A DNA stretch of 55,401 bases from Salpingoeca rosetta. Lineage: Eukaryota > Protista > Choanoflagellata. The translations under genes were made by a program, and so were the position numbers. Location of the stretch: contig JAWQFM010000025.1 in assembly GCA_033442325.1 (NCBI GenBank), positions 653,507-708,907 of the forward strand, in the 5' to 3' direction. This document shows, piece after piece, positions 1-29,231 of this stretch (the stretch's first letter is position 1; each line of letters starts with the position of its first letter). The notes under the pieces were generated by a model. It ran no database searches and had not been told where the DNA came from. It was given only the letters and a program-made list of their open reading frames with translations.

Positions 1-1156
1 ACACTCAGACCAATGCAGATCATCAAGGGGTGCAACGCCACGGTAACTGTCTAAGATCATGTTGTCACGAATGCATATCACATGGCGCATGTCTAAGTTC
101 TCAGGGGGATGCACAACAAGGAGCAACATCTGTCGCTGTCGCCCAAGCTTGAACACGGTACGACGAGGTCGGCGCCCACGCACAGCTGTCACCGTGTACG
201 AGTTGGTACTGAGCCACTCCAGCGGGATGTTGAGTGACCAATTCCCTGGTGCTCTCTTCGGCTTGCCCAAGCCAGCGAGCGACCAACCGTTCCGGCGGTA
301 CTGGCGACAATACCGCAGACGGATTTTCTCAAACGAGGCAGGCGAAGCAACCACGCCCGAAAGCAGGTTGTTCACAGCATGCAATGCGCATCGAGTGCCT
401 ACTTGCTTCTGAACTAACCCATCACCTGCCCAGGACATCCCCACTGAGGATGGCCGCTTAACGGCGGTTTTTTTCTTGGGATTGCTCATCTGCGGTTGAG
501 GTGAACTCGCACACACAGCAACTGTTCTGCGACGTTTCTTTGTCTTGGCCCACTTGAGCAATTTTCTCACGCATATGGTTTTCGGTTCAGTTTGCACACT
601 TGTGGGTTCTGCCTTTGTACAATTTTTTGATTCGGATGAATTTTTATTCTATTTCGATTCGATGCACAATTAACGATTTTGTGCCGCCAAACATTTGAAT
701 CGAGCATGTCACTGCAAGTCACCACAGGTCACTGATGGAGGACTTCACGGGTACTGCACACAGCAGCTCTTCACTGGAGGGACTCGACACCAGCAAGCAC
801 GCCACTGCGGGGGAGTGTTGACATCACTGTTCCAGTGTCAATGCTTGCTGAGTCAGCAAATTCTGCTGTAAACGTTTCTGTGCACGTGCGCCCAGAAACG
901 GGCGTTTCTGGTTGTTTTGCCACGTGGCACTTCTCTCTCTCCTCCAGTTTTCTGTCTATGTGTGAGAGTGTCTCTCAGTTCATGTTCATTCATCCTACAT
1001 CCTTGTTTGCTTCACAACTCAAGTAAACACACACAACTTCCCCTTGCCAAGACAATCTCCCACACAACAACACAGCACACACACACACACACACACACAA
1101 GTCTCCAACAACAGCACCATCACCATGAACTTACAACAGTCGCCAGTGGCGGCGTA

Positions 1157-1975
1157 NNNNNNNNNNNNNNNNNNNNNNNNNNNNNNNNNNNNNNNNNNNN
1201 NNNNNNNNNNNNNNNNNNNNNNNNNNNNNNNNNNNNNNNNNNNNNNNNNNNNNNNNNNNNNNNNNNNNNNNNNNNNNNNNNNNNNNNNNNNNNNNNNNNN
1301 NNNNNNNNNNNNNNNNNNNNNNNNNNNNNNNNNNNNNNNNNNNNNNNNNNNNNNNNNNNNNNNNNNNNNNNNNNNNNNNNNNNNNNNNNNNNNNNNNNNN
1401 NNNNNNNNNNNNNNNNNNNNNNNNNNNNNNNNNNNNNNNNNNNNNNNNNNNNNNNNNNNNNNNNNNNNNNNNNNNNNNNNNNNNNNNNNNNNNNNNNNNN
1501 NNNNNNNNNNNNNNNNNNNNNNNNNNNNNNNNNNNNNNNNNNNNNNNNNNNNNNNNNNNNNNNNNNNNNNNNNNNNNNNNNNNNNNNNNNNNNNNNNNNN
1601 NNNNNNNNNNNNNNNNNNNNNNNNNNNNNNNNNNNNNNNNNNNNNNNNNNNNNNNNNNNNNNNNNNNNNNNNNNNNNNNNNNNNNNNNNNNNNNNNNNNN
1701 NNNNNNNNNNNNNNNNNNNNNNNNNNNNNNNNNNNNNNNNNNNNNNNNNNNNNNNNNNNNNNNNNNNNNNNNNNNNNNNNNNNNNNNNNNNNNNNNNNNN
1801 NNNNNNNNNNNNNNNNNNNNNNNNNNNNNNNNNNNNNNNNNNNNNNNNNNNNNNNNNNNNNNNNNNNNNNNNNNNNNNNNNNNNNNNNNNNNNNNNNNNN
1901 NNNNNNNNNNNNNNNNNNNNNNNNNNNNNNNNNNNNNNNNNNNNNNNNNNNNNNNNNNNNNNNNNNNNNNNNNNN
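1157..1975. other. Assembly gap (N run); probably hides the 5' exons of the receptor kinase gene
   Basis: Continuous run of N. Confidence 0.99.
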
Positions 1976-2016
1976 TAACAACACACACACACACACACAC
2001 ACACAAAACACAAACA

Positions 2017-2058
<42 letters not shown>

Positions 2059-2070
2059 AACACACACACG

Positions 2071-2132
<62 letters not shown>

Positions 2133-2198
2133 TGCGATGGAATTCACTCCTCATCATCGCCGCCCCCCTCTTCTCCTTCACACACACACATACATTAG

Positions 2199-11841
<9,643 letters not shown>

Positions 11842-12346
11842 ATACCAGCCCTCCTTCGTTTCTCGCAATCTTCTATCATTCATTGTAGTTGCCAGTTACA
11901 TTTCCGTGGCTCTGTGCCCTGCCTGACGTTTCTTGTTTGATCAGCGATTCGCGTTCCCTGTGTCTTTGTTTGTTTGGTGGTTGTTTGGCCGTTTATTGTT
12001 GGTGGGTTCAGTTTACATAACATTACATTACAACATTAAACAAGCGATGCACTTGGTTGTGTGCATGGACGAGGCCTGGGGCTGTTTGGCAAGCAACGGC
12101 ACATGCGCTGCACTGCTGCACACTGTGTGTGTGTTTGTGTGTCGCGTCGCGTGGCGACCACATTCATTAAATCAGCATCAAATCCTTTCACAATTTTTTT
12201 AATTTTCATTGGCAACAAGCAACGCAAATCCCACAACACCAACCACAACCACAAACAGCACCCAGCACCTGTAGTCCCTCACAAGCTCGCACGACCAAAC
12301 ACCACAGCACCACAGCACCTCAACACAGCACACCAGCCGGCCAGTG

Positions 12347-17970
<5,624 letters not shown>

Positions 17971-18479
17971 AAAGCAGCAGCAACAACTGCACTCCTGCTT
18001 GCACTGAGTGTCCTTACCCCTGCATCAACTTCCCCTCCCCCTCCTCCATCAATGTGCTTGCCTTGCCTGCTTGATGCGAGCTTGATGCGAGTGTCATCAC
18101 ATCATGCGTTTGCACGCAAGCAGCACAACGACTGCCACCACCACTCGTAAAGAACAGCATAAAATGCCTGCATGTAATTTCTGGGGCAATTTCCGTCAAT
18201 TTTCGATGGTGCCACACCCCCTTCCTGGCAGCCATTTTGTGGCCACTGCAACCAATACAAGCAAGTAAGCAAGCAAGCCGATCGACAGCACACGCACACG
18301 CACGCAGAGTTGAGGCGCATTTAGCTCTTCACACAAAAGACTTGTCTCGCTTTCTTGACTGTATTGCTCTCAGTCTCTCACATTGTTTCCTTCCTCCCTC
18401 TCTTTCAAGGCAACACTTGAGCCAGAACGCCTAGAAGAGTACAAGAACAACGACGACGACGACGACGACGACGACGACA

Positions 18480-19451
18480 ATGGCGCGTTTTGTTGGGTCT
18501 TGTTCTGCTGCCGCCGTTTATGGCCTTGGACTGGTGGTGGCGCTGGTGCTGATCTCGTCGGGACTGGCGAGCGCGCAGAACGCGCAGTGTACGTACCGCC
18601 TGTACGAGGCCAACGGCGCGCTGCCGTGCGGCAACGCCGTGTTTTACCCGCCGGAGCAAGCCTGCTGCAACGGCGTCGTGCACAACCGGAACCTGCCCAA
18701 CGCCGAGCCATACCGCTGCTGCGGCACGGAGTGGGTGCCGGATGACCAGTGCTGTGGCGGCAACCCGATTGTCCCCGAGTCGCCCTTTGATCCGGTGCGC
18801 TGCTGCCGCGGCGTGCAGACGTACGACTCCCTCGTCAGCGTGTGCTGTGCGGACGGCACGACGCTCTCCACGTTTGACCAAGAGTTTGCTTGCTGCCACA
18901 ACCTGGTGACTGGCGAAAACCAGCTGTACAACACAACCTCGCAGCAGTGCTGTGCCGGCAACGTTTTGGCTTCGCCGGCGGCTGGCACTGCCCGCCTGTG
19001 CTGCCGCACAGCGTTCCGCACCTATGATCCGTTCAACGAGACGCTGGCTTGCTGCGAGACGCCGACCGGCTCTGAGATTTACGATCCAACCACCAGCATC
19101 TGCTGCAGTAGCGGGGTCGTGGCTGTGACCGACACGGCCACAGCTGCGTGCTGCGGTGACCAGACGTACAACACGACGACGCAGGTGTGCTGCGGTAACT
19201 CGAACAGCGGCTCATATGCCGTCTACACGGAGCGGGACAACCACGTGTGCTGTGGCACTGACTACGTGAACACGGAGCTGAACGTTGCCTGCTGCGGCAA
19301 CAGGCTGTATCCGGCATTCTCCGGCTTTATCGAGTGCTGTGTGGACCAGGTGTACAACGAGCGCAAGCACATGTGTGTCCAGGACTTTTGCCGCTACTGC
19401 CCGCTCTTGAACCCAGACTGTGACAGCTCTGTCTATGGCGGCATGGCGTGA
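18480..19451 (+). CDS. Intronless secreted cysteine-rich protein with tandem di-cysteine repeats (galaxin-like)
   Basis: 323-aa ORF with GC-rich coding-like codons. Hydrophobic signal peptide ends ...LISSGLASA. Repeated Y(N/D)xxxxxCC and CCG units (YNTTSQQCC, YDPTTSICC, YNTTTQVCCG). No TM helix. Confidence 0.85.
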   Translation: MARFVGSCSAAAVYGLGLVVALVLISSGLASAQNAQCTYRLYEANGALPCGNAVFYPPEQACCNGVVHNRNLPNAEPYRCCGTEWVPDDQCCGGNPIVPESPFDPVRCCRGVQTYDSLVSVCCADGTTLSTFDQEFACCHNLVTGENQLYNTTSQQCCAGNVLASPAAGTARLCCRTAFRTYDPFNETLACCETPTGSEIYDPTTSICCSSGVVAVTDTATAACCGDQTYNTTTQVCCGNSNSGSYAVYTERDNHVCCGTDYVNTELNVACCGNRLYPAFSGFIECCVDQVYNERKHMCVQDFCRYCPLLNPDCDSSVYGGMA

Positions 19452-19524
19452 GCGCTGGTTCACTGAGGGAAACATTGCATGTCCGATTGTTTGTGTGTGT
19501 TTGAGTGTGTGTGTGTGTCTGTTT

Positions 19525-19565
<41 letters not shown>

Positions 19566-19764
19566 TGTGTCTGTGTTTGTGTGTGCACCTTTTGTTCGTT
19601 TACCTTGCCCCACCTCCCAATCTCCTCCAATCCTCCGCTGAGTCTTCCTTCCTTCTTGAGTTCTTTCTCCGTCCGCCGTCGTTTCGTTACATTACAGGAG
19701 GCAACACTTTCCTGGACCCTTCTTGTTCAACCCCTTTATGTCACCAGTGCTCCCTGCATGCCAT

Positions 19765-19796
<32 letters not shown>

Positions 19797-20540
19797 ATCT
19801 TCCCAACTCCACCACCACCTCGTTCAGGCGTTCCACGATGCATGCAAGCAGCAGAAGAGGGCAGCCATCTCCGCCTTGCGTTACCGACACCATAAACTGC
19901 ACAGTTTTGGCGTGATGCAAAATTAAAATTGTTTTTTGGCTACTTGTGCACTTGGGCCCGTACCTTGCATCACCGCACACAAAGCGCATTCAAGAAGCAC
20001 ACACACCCACACGTGGAACGTTGCGTGTCCAAGCACACACCACCACAACCACCACAACGCCAATCAACAACGAGCAGCCATCACACTCCCCCCCAACAAC
20101 GCCTGGTCTCTCTCTCTGTCTCTCTCACTCCTCGAACCCCCTTTCTCCATCTTGCACAACACACACGACGCCCTTCATCAGCATCCCGGCCGAGCATCAA
20201 CCGCGCACACACACACACACACACAAGGTGAGAGGCGAGCGTTACCACATGTTTCGTCCGTGTTCAGTTTGGTGCAACAATGGAGGTTGCATCGTGGCAA
20301 CACAAGAAGCCCCATCCGCACCACAACGTTTTTGCTGCTGCTGTCCCCTGACACAGCCATCATTTTCCACGCAGACGACATCACTCTCACACAAGCACAC
20401 AAGCCTCTCGTCTCTGACACACGCACACACACACTCACGCACGCTCACTCGCTCACACACACTTACACTCTCCCTCGTACACACACACACGCACACTCGC
20501 TCACACTCACACGTTCACGATGCACGCAGCAACAAGAGCC

Positions 20541-23500
20541 ATGGAGCTGGATAGCCTTGACATGGCCGTGCTAGCGGGCGCGGCTGTGGCCGTCGCGTAC
20601 TTTGTGTACACCAAGTTCCTGAGCGAAGACGCGCAGCACAGCAAGCGTGCCTCGACCGTGACCATGGGTGGCCCTTCCGGCGCAGCCAACGGCAGCGGCG
20701 GCGGTGCCATGAGCGTGGGCATCCCACAGAGCCCGAGCGGCATCGACGACAGCGACTTCCTGGCCAAGCTCAAGGCCACGGGGGCGCAGGTGGCCATCTT
20801 CTATGGCTCGCAGACGGGCACCGCGGAGGACTTCTCGCTGCGGCTGGCGCGCGAGGCCAAGCGGTTTGGCATCACCCCGCTGGTGGCGGACATCCAGGAC
20901 TACGACATGGAGTGCCTGCAGACCGTGGCCAAGGAGCAGGAGAACACGGTGCTCCTCTTTTGCGTGGCCACGTACGGCGAGGGCGAGCCCACGGACAACG
21001 CGCTGGAGTTTTACAACTTCCTCAAGGACAAGGAGGAGAGCGGCGACGACTTTGACCTGACGGGCCTCAAGTTTGGCGTGTTTGGGCTGGGCAACAAGAC
21101 GTACGACCACTTCAACGCCATGGGCATGTTTGTGGACAAGATGCTGGACAAGCTCGGCGGGCAGCGCATCACTGACCTTGGCCTCGGCGACGACGACGCC
21201 AACATGGAGGAAGACTTTGTCAACTGGAAGGAGCAGCTGTGGCCCGAGGTGTGCGCCCTCTTTGGCAAGGACCCGACAGACAGCGAGATTAGCTTCCGCC
21301 AGTACGAGCTCAGGCCCGACCTCATCAACAAGGACAAAATCTTCACGGGCGAGCCACACTTTTTTGGGTCATTTACCAAGCAGAAGCGCCCCTTTACGCA
21401 GAAGAACCCCTTTGTTGCGCAGGTGCGCGAGCGTCGGGAACTGTACGACGATGACGACCGCTCCTGCCTCCACATCGAACTCGACATTGCGGGCTCCTCC
21501 CTCAAGTAAGTGAGAGCTTGTGTGTGTGTGTGCGTATGCTTGTGTGTGTGCGTATGCTTGTGTGTGTGCGTATGCTTGTGTGTGTCTGTGTCTGTGTGTC
21601 TGTGTCTGTGTGTGCGCGCGCATGCTTGTGTGTGTTTGTGTGTGTGTGTGCACTTGTGTGTGCACATGCGCATTTGTGCACACGTACACGCCTGTGTCTC
21701 ACCAACTCCAACCCATCTAACCTCCCCCTCCCCTTCATTTGCGCAGGTACACGGCTGGCGACCACGTGGCGGTGTATCCGAAGAACAACCCGTCGCTGGT
21801 GGAGGCGTTGGCTGCGCGCCTCGGCATTGAGCTTGACGAGCTGCTGTACCTCAAGGCCACGGACGAGTACGCAAAGAAGCAGACGCCGTTCCCATGCGCG
21901 TGCACATTCCGCACGGCGCTAACCCACTACGTGGACATCTGCGCGCTGCCCGGGCACAACATCATCCAGGAGCTTGTGCAGTATGCGCAGGATGAGGAGG
22001 AGAAGAGCCGACTGCACCACCTGGTGACGAAGGAGGGCCGACAAGAGTTTGTCAAGTACATCCACGACGACCTCCGCACCGTCCTCGAGGTGAATCGACA
22101 GAGAACAGCAACCACCACCGCAACAGCTCTTTTGCTTGCTTGGCAACTGTGGTAGTGTGGGTGGTATTGTATGTGTTGGCACGACTGCGTGGATGGTGAT
22201 GATGAAGGTTAAGTCGATAGACTCGCACGTCCGTACACTTGTACGCCCGCACTCGCCGTCTTGTGTATCTTGTTTGTGCTGTTGTGTCGCTTCTCCGCTT
22301 GCCCTGCTTCTCCGCTTGCCCCACTTGCCTCCCCCTCTCCATCCTTTGTCGCAACAGCTCCCTATTCCCCCGCTGCTGTGTACATGTGCAGTTTCCTTGG
22401 GGGTCATAGTGTTGCGCAAACCAACACGCGTTGTTGTTTTCTTCTTGGCTCGGCTCTTTCAGTGTCCACTGTTGCTCACATCACAGTGAGCTGTGAGCTG
22501 TGCAGTGGGCACAATCAGCCCAGCTACACTTTGGTTGCAGTGACGGTGCTCGTTGTGATGGCTCCGTTATGTGTGTCATCGTGCTTCCTCGTCACGCTGC
22601 CCGTCCCTTTCATTCCTTCCATTTGCTTCCTTCCCTACTCTCTTCCGCCGGATCCCTTACCCAGCATACTTCTGTTGTCGCTTTTGCCATCGTGTCGCTC
22701 AGCTCACCGTTTGGTTTGTTCCCGAATTGCTGTGTGCAGGCTTCAAGTCTGTCGACGTCCCCGCCGACCACCTCATTGAGCTCCTGCCGCGGCTCCAGCC
22801 AAGGTGCTGTCATGTCAACCTCATTGATGAGAAGGTCCCCGTCTTTGTCAGGCGATCAACCTTCAGGTGCGTGCGTGTGTGTGTGTGTGTGTGTGTACAA
22901 CCTGTCGCCCTCACCGTCGTGCATGCAGCGCGCGTGACCCAAACTTACACCAACGTCTCCCCTTCCTTCCTCTCACCTTCCCAAAACCGTCAACATATAC
23001 CGCCCCCCCCCCCTTTCCTATTCCTAACCACAGGCTGCCGTCCAAATCCCGCATCCCGATCATCATGATTGGCCCCGGCACGGGCGTTGCGCCCTTCCGC
23101 GGGTTTCTGCAGGAGCGAGAGGCCCTCAAGGCCAAGGGGAAGACGCTTGGCGATGCGCTGCTGTTCTTTGGCTGCCAGCACGAGCACAAGCACTACATGT
23201 ACAGGGAGGAGCTGGAGGAGTTTTTGGAATCGGGCGTCCTGTCCGAACTCCACTCGGCATTCTCCCGTGACCAGGTCAGTTGCTGCAGGGATGTTGTGGT
23301 TGTTGCTGCTGTTGTTGTTGCTGTTGCTGTTGTTGTGTGCGTATGCGCATGTGCCTGGCCTTTGTCTGACCTGTGTGCCGACCCTCCCTCCCTCGTTCTC
23401 ACGCATCACCCAAACGATTCCTCCACACACACATACCCACCATCCAACAGCAACACAAGGTGTATGTGCAGCACCTGATGAAGAACAACGCCAAGACCAT

Positions 23501-23628
23501 CTGGAAGATGATTGACGCCGGTGCCCACATTTACGTCTGCGGGTGCGTTGCGTGTTGTTGCTGTTGATGGCGTGCATACAAACGCACACCATGTGATACT
23601 GTGTGTGTGTGGGTGTGGGTGTGGGTGT

Positions 23629-23667
<39 letters not shown>

Positions 23668-24185
23668 GTTCGCTTGCACTTCGTGCATTTTGCCTGACGC
23701 TGCGTCTTGCGAGTTTGTTTCTGCTCACCAAACCTCACCACGACCTCTCCACCACCGTGTTTTCCTGTTGTCACTTGTTGTCTTGAACAGCGATGCGAAA
23801 CACATGGCCCGTGACGTGCACCGCGCCCTCGTCGAGATTATCAAGGCGGTACGAACCACGACAAACAGCACACGCATGATGCTCTTGTCAGCAACACACA
23901 CACATGCACATGCATATGCACACACAGCACACAAACAGCACACGCATGATGCTCTTGTCAGCAACACACACACACACATGCACATGCACATGCACACAAA
24001 AACAGCACACATACACACACACTCTCTCTTTTCACCACCTCTCGTTGATCGACTTGTGCTTACCAATGTCAACCCCATACACGTTGCCCTGCACACAGGA
24101 GACAAACCTGAGCACGCAGGATGCGGAGACGCAGCTCAAGACAATGGCGCAGCAGCGTCGCTTCCAACAAGACGTCTGGTCGTAA
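20541..24185 (+). CDS. POR: NADPH-cytochrome P450 reductase (diflavin reductase); one internal segment missing in this assembly
   Basis: N-terminal anchor [16 protein letters not shown]; FMN motifs [34 protein letters not shown]; [11 protein letters not shown]; ELLPRLQPR; [19 protein letters not shown]; AFSRDQ..KVYVQH; [14 protein letters not shown]; C-terminal DVWS*. Exons 20541-21505, 21747-22089, ~22740-22866, 23034-23274, 23451-23542, 23791-23848, 24099-24185. The exon 2/3 junction is out of phase and I could not resolve it. Confidence 0.93.
23861..23975. repeat. Short direct duplication (about 43 bp, 2 copies) inside a POR intron
   Basis: acaaacagcacacgcatgatgctcttgtcagcaacacacacac occurs at about 23861 and again at about 23931. 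Confidence 0.85.
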
Positions 24186-24772
24186 ACACACTCTTGAACC
24201 CCTCCCCTTCTCCCCCTCCGCCCTCTGCCCTCAATAACTTTGAGGTCGGGTGGCCTGTTGCACCAACCCGTGTTGCTTTCGGACTCGAAAGTCTGACACC
24301 TCTTTTCTTCCTTTCATTGTTATCGCTCCTGCTTCTGCCTCGCATTACTTTGCATATGCACTTTCTCCTCCTCCTGCACCTCCTCCCTCTTCTTCTGCTT
24401 TATAGCTCCTAGTTGTGATTACATTACCCATTCGCTTTTGTCTTGTTGATGTGGCAAGGCTCCTCTCTGATGATGTTGCGGCAGTGTCCATGCGTGTCCC
24501 CATACATGCATGCCCTGCTCCCCCGTACATGCATGCTCCCATGTTCGATTGCTTCATGTGGTCGTTTATGGTCGCTTGTTTCGGATCAAAAACAGCAGCC
24601 ATGACGCAAAGAGAGATGAGACGCGCCAAGCGAGGCAGATGCGCACGGGTGCGAGAGCACAGCAAACTTCTGCGACAACGCGAAAGAGAGAGGAATCAGG
24701 ACATGACGGAGCGAATGAGGTATTGCGTGCACACAGAGGGCAATGAGACAGACACCACTGCCAACGCTTGAC

Positions 24773-25909
24773 TCATCTGCGAAGTAGTGCAGCTGCTGCA
24801 AGCGCTCCCGTTGCAGCGCCGAGAATGAAGATGAGAGCAGCGTGGTGACAGCCGAGGGAAGGGGTCTCCTCACCAACACTTCCAGCGGCAACTTGGACGC
24901 GAACCTGCACCATTGCTTCTTGCGCGCGAACCGCATCAGCCTTGCGGCGCACCTCCATCAGCCTCTGGCGCAGGTCCTTCTGCCACAGTCTCGTCGTCGT
25001 CCTTTCATGCAGTGGCGGGTTGTTGAAGGCGTTGTAAGCATCCGCCACCAAAGCCACCTCAGAGCATATGTCGGCGAGGATGGTGTTGGCACCGGCAGGC
25101 TCAGGGTCTGAGCCAAACAGGTTATGCACGGCTGTGTCGATGTTGTGGCGCCCTTCGACAAAGTGCAGCTTGTGAAGCAAGCCGCGCTTGAACAAGCCCA
25201 AAAAGTTGTTGTCGCGGTTGTCGACGGAAGCCATGGGCGTGAGGCAGATGTCCACCAGCTCGCACACTTGCAGCAGCTTCTCGAGGTCAGCGAAGTTGCG
25301 GTAGAACCGAGACCCTCGAAGCACCACAATCAGGCCCGTGCGGTCGTAAATCTTCTTGTGATCAGCCAGCAGCTGCACTGTCGATGTGACGTGCTTGATG
25401 TCTTCGTCACGGAGGTTGCAGAACGCCAGATTCAGGCACATGACGCTGTTGTCTGGGATGTCGTCAATCCACTTGGTTCGCACGTCCTCCGGCAGAGAAG
25501 AAACCGGCGGCAGCTGCGCGATGTGGAAACGGGAGGATGTGTAGCGCCCAGACAAGTCGAGTGTTCCCCAGGCCTTGAGCGTAGACGTGGGTGAAACGAC
25601 TTCCGCAGAATCTGCTTCTGTCGCGGTTGTGGGGCCACTGCGCATGTACTCATCGCCGTCGTCATCCGCCACTCCCACATGACCTGCACCTGCGTGGCGC
25701 GTGAAGAAGCTGGCCGCAAGCCTCTGCAGGCGCTCTGGCAAAGGTGCCACCAAATCCTCGACATCAGCCAGCAGCAGGTCCGTGGGCCGATACAACTTCA
25801 TGTATGGCATCAAGGCCTTGTAGGTTGGGCCGTCGTTCCTACATACGTCCTCCATCGCTTGTGAACGACTGGCTTGTGACATGTCTCCAGGTCTGTGGGA
25901 TGTGGACAT
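24773..25909 (-). CDS. Intronless hypothetical protein with LRR-like strands and a C-terminal TM helix (tail-anchored)
   Basis: Long repeat-free ORF (track 24773..25960; ATG at 25909 is the likelier start). LRR-like segments TLDLSG, CLNLAFCNLRDEDI, VVLRGSRF, LVDICLTP. Hydrophobic C-terminus AALIFILGAATGALAAAALLRR*. Confidence 0.7.
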   Translation of the reverse strand: MSTSHRPGDMSQASRSQAMEDVCRNDGPTYKALMPYMKLYRPTDLLLADVEDLVAPLPERLQRLAASFFTRHAGAGHVGVADDDGDEYMRSGPTTATEADSAEVVSPTSTLKAWGTLDLSGRYTSSRFHIAQLPPVSSLPEDVRTKWIDDIPDNSVMCLNLAFCNLRDEDIKHVTSTVQLLADHKKIYDRTGLIVVLRGSRFYRNFADLEKLLQVCELVDICLTPMASVDNRDNNFLGLFKRGLLHKLHFVEGRHNIDTAVHNLFGSDPEPAGANTILADICSEVALVADAYNAFNNPPLHERTTTRLWQKDLRQRLMEVRRKADAVRAQEAMVQVRVQVAAGSVGEETPSLGCHHAALIFILGAATGALAAAALLRR

Positions 25910-26104
25910 GGGCGGGAGTGTGAAGATCAAAAGTTGAGGGGAGTTTCTGAGATGTGACATGATGACGTCATTTCAAAACGAGCGCTCTTGTTTGATGTCG
26001 TGATTGTTAAGGTTGAGGAAAGGATTGGCCACACACAACACACACACACACACACACACACACAATGCACAGATGCACACACATGAACAACACACACACA
26101 CGGG

Positions 26105-28873
<2,769 letters not shown>

Positions 28874-29231
28874 AGTGGTTGGTAGTCGCGGGCTGCAAGA
28901 TGGTTGCAATACTGACTCGGGCGTATGACATGCCCTGGTGATTTTGTGTTGCGTCTGGCGTGGTATGGGAGGATGTCTACTATGTCACACATTGTCACAT
29001 CTCACACATGAACACGCTCTACAGGATTGATGTGAAAATGATGTGACATGACTTGGACTGCTAATGCAACAACGATTCTAAGGTACCGGCAAAGCCTCTC
29101 CACACATACACACACACACACACACACACAGACACACAGACACACAGACACACAGACACACACACAGACACAGACACACACACACACAGACACAGACACA
29201 GACACAGACACACACACACACACACACAAAG

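Noticed and set aside
20541-24185. Nitric oxide synthase, NDOR1 or methionine synthase reductase
   Set aside because: An N-terminal membrane anchor, no oxygenase domain, and the GEGEPTDNA motif fit POR best.
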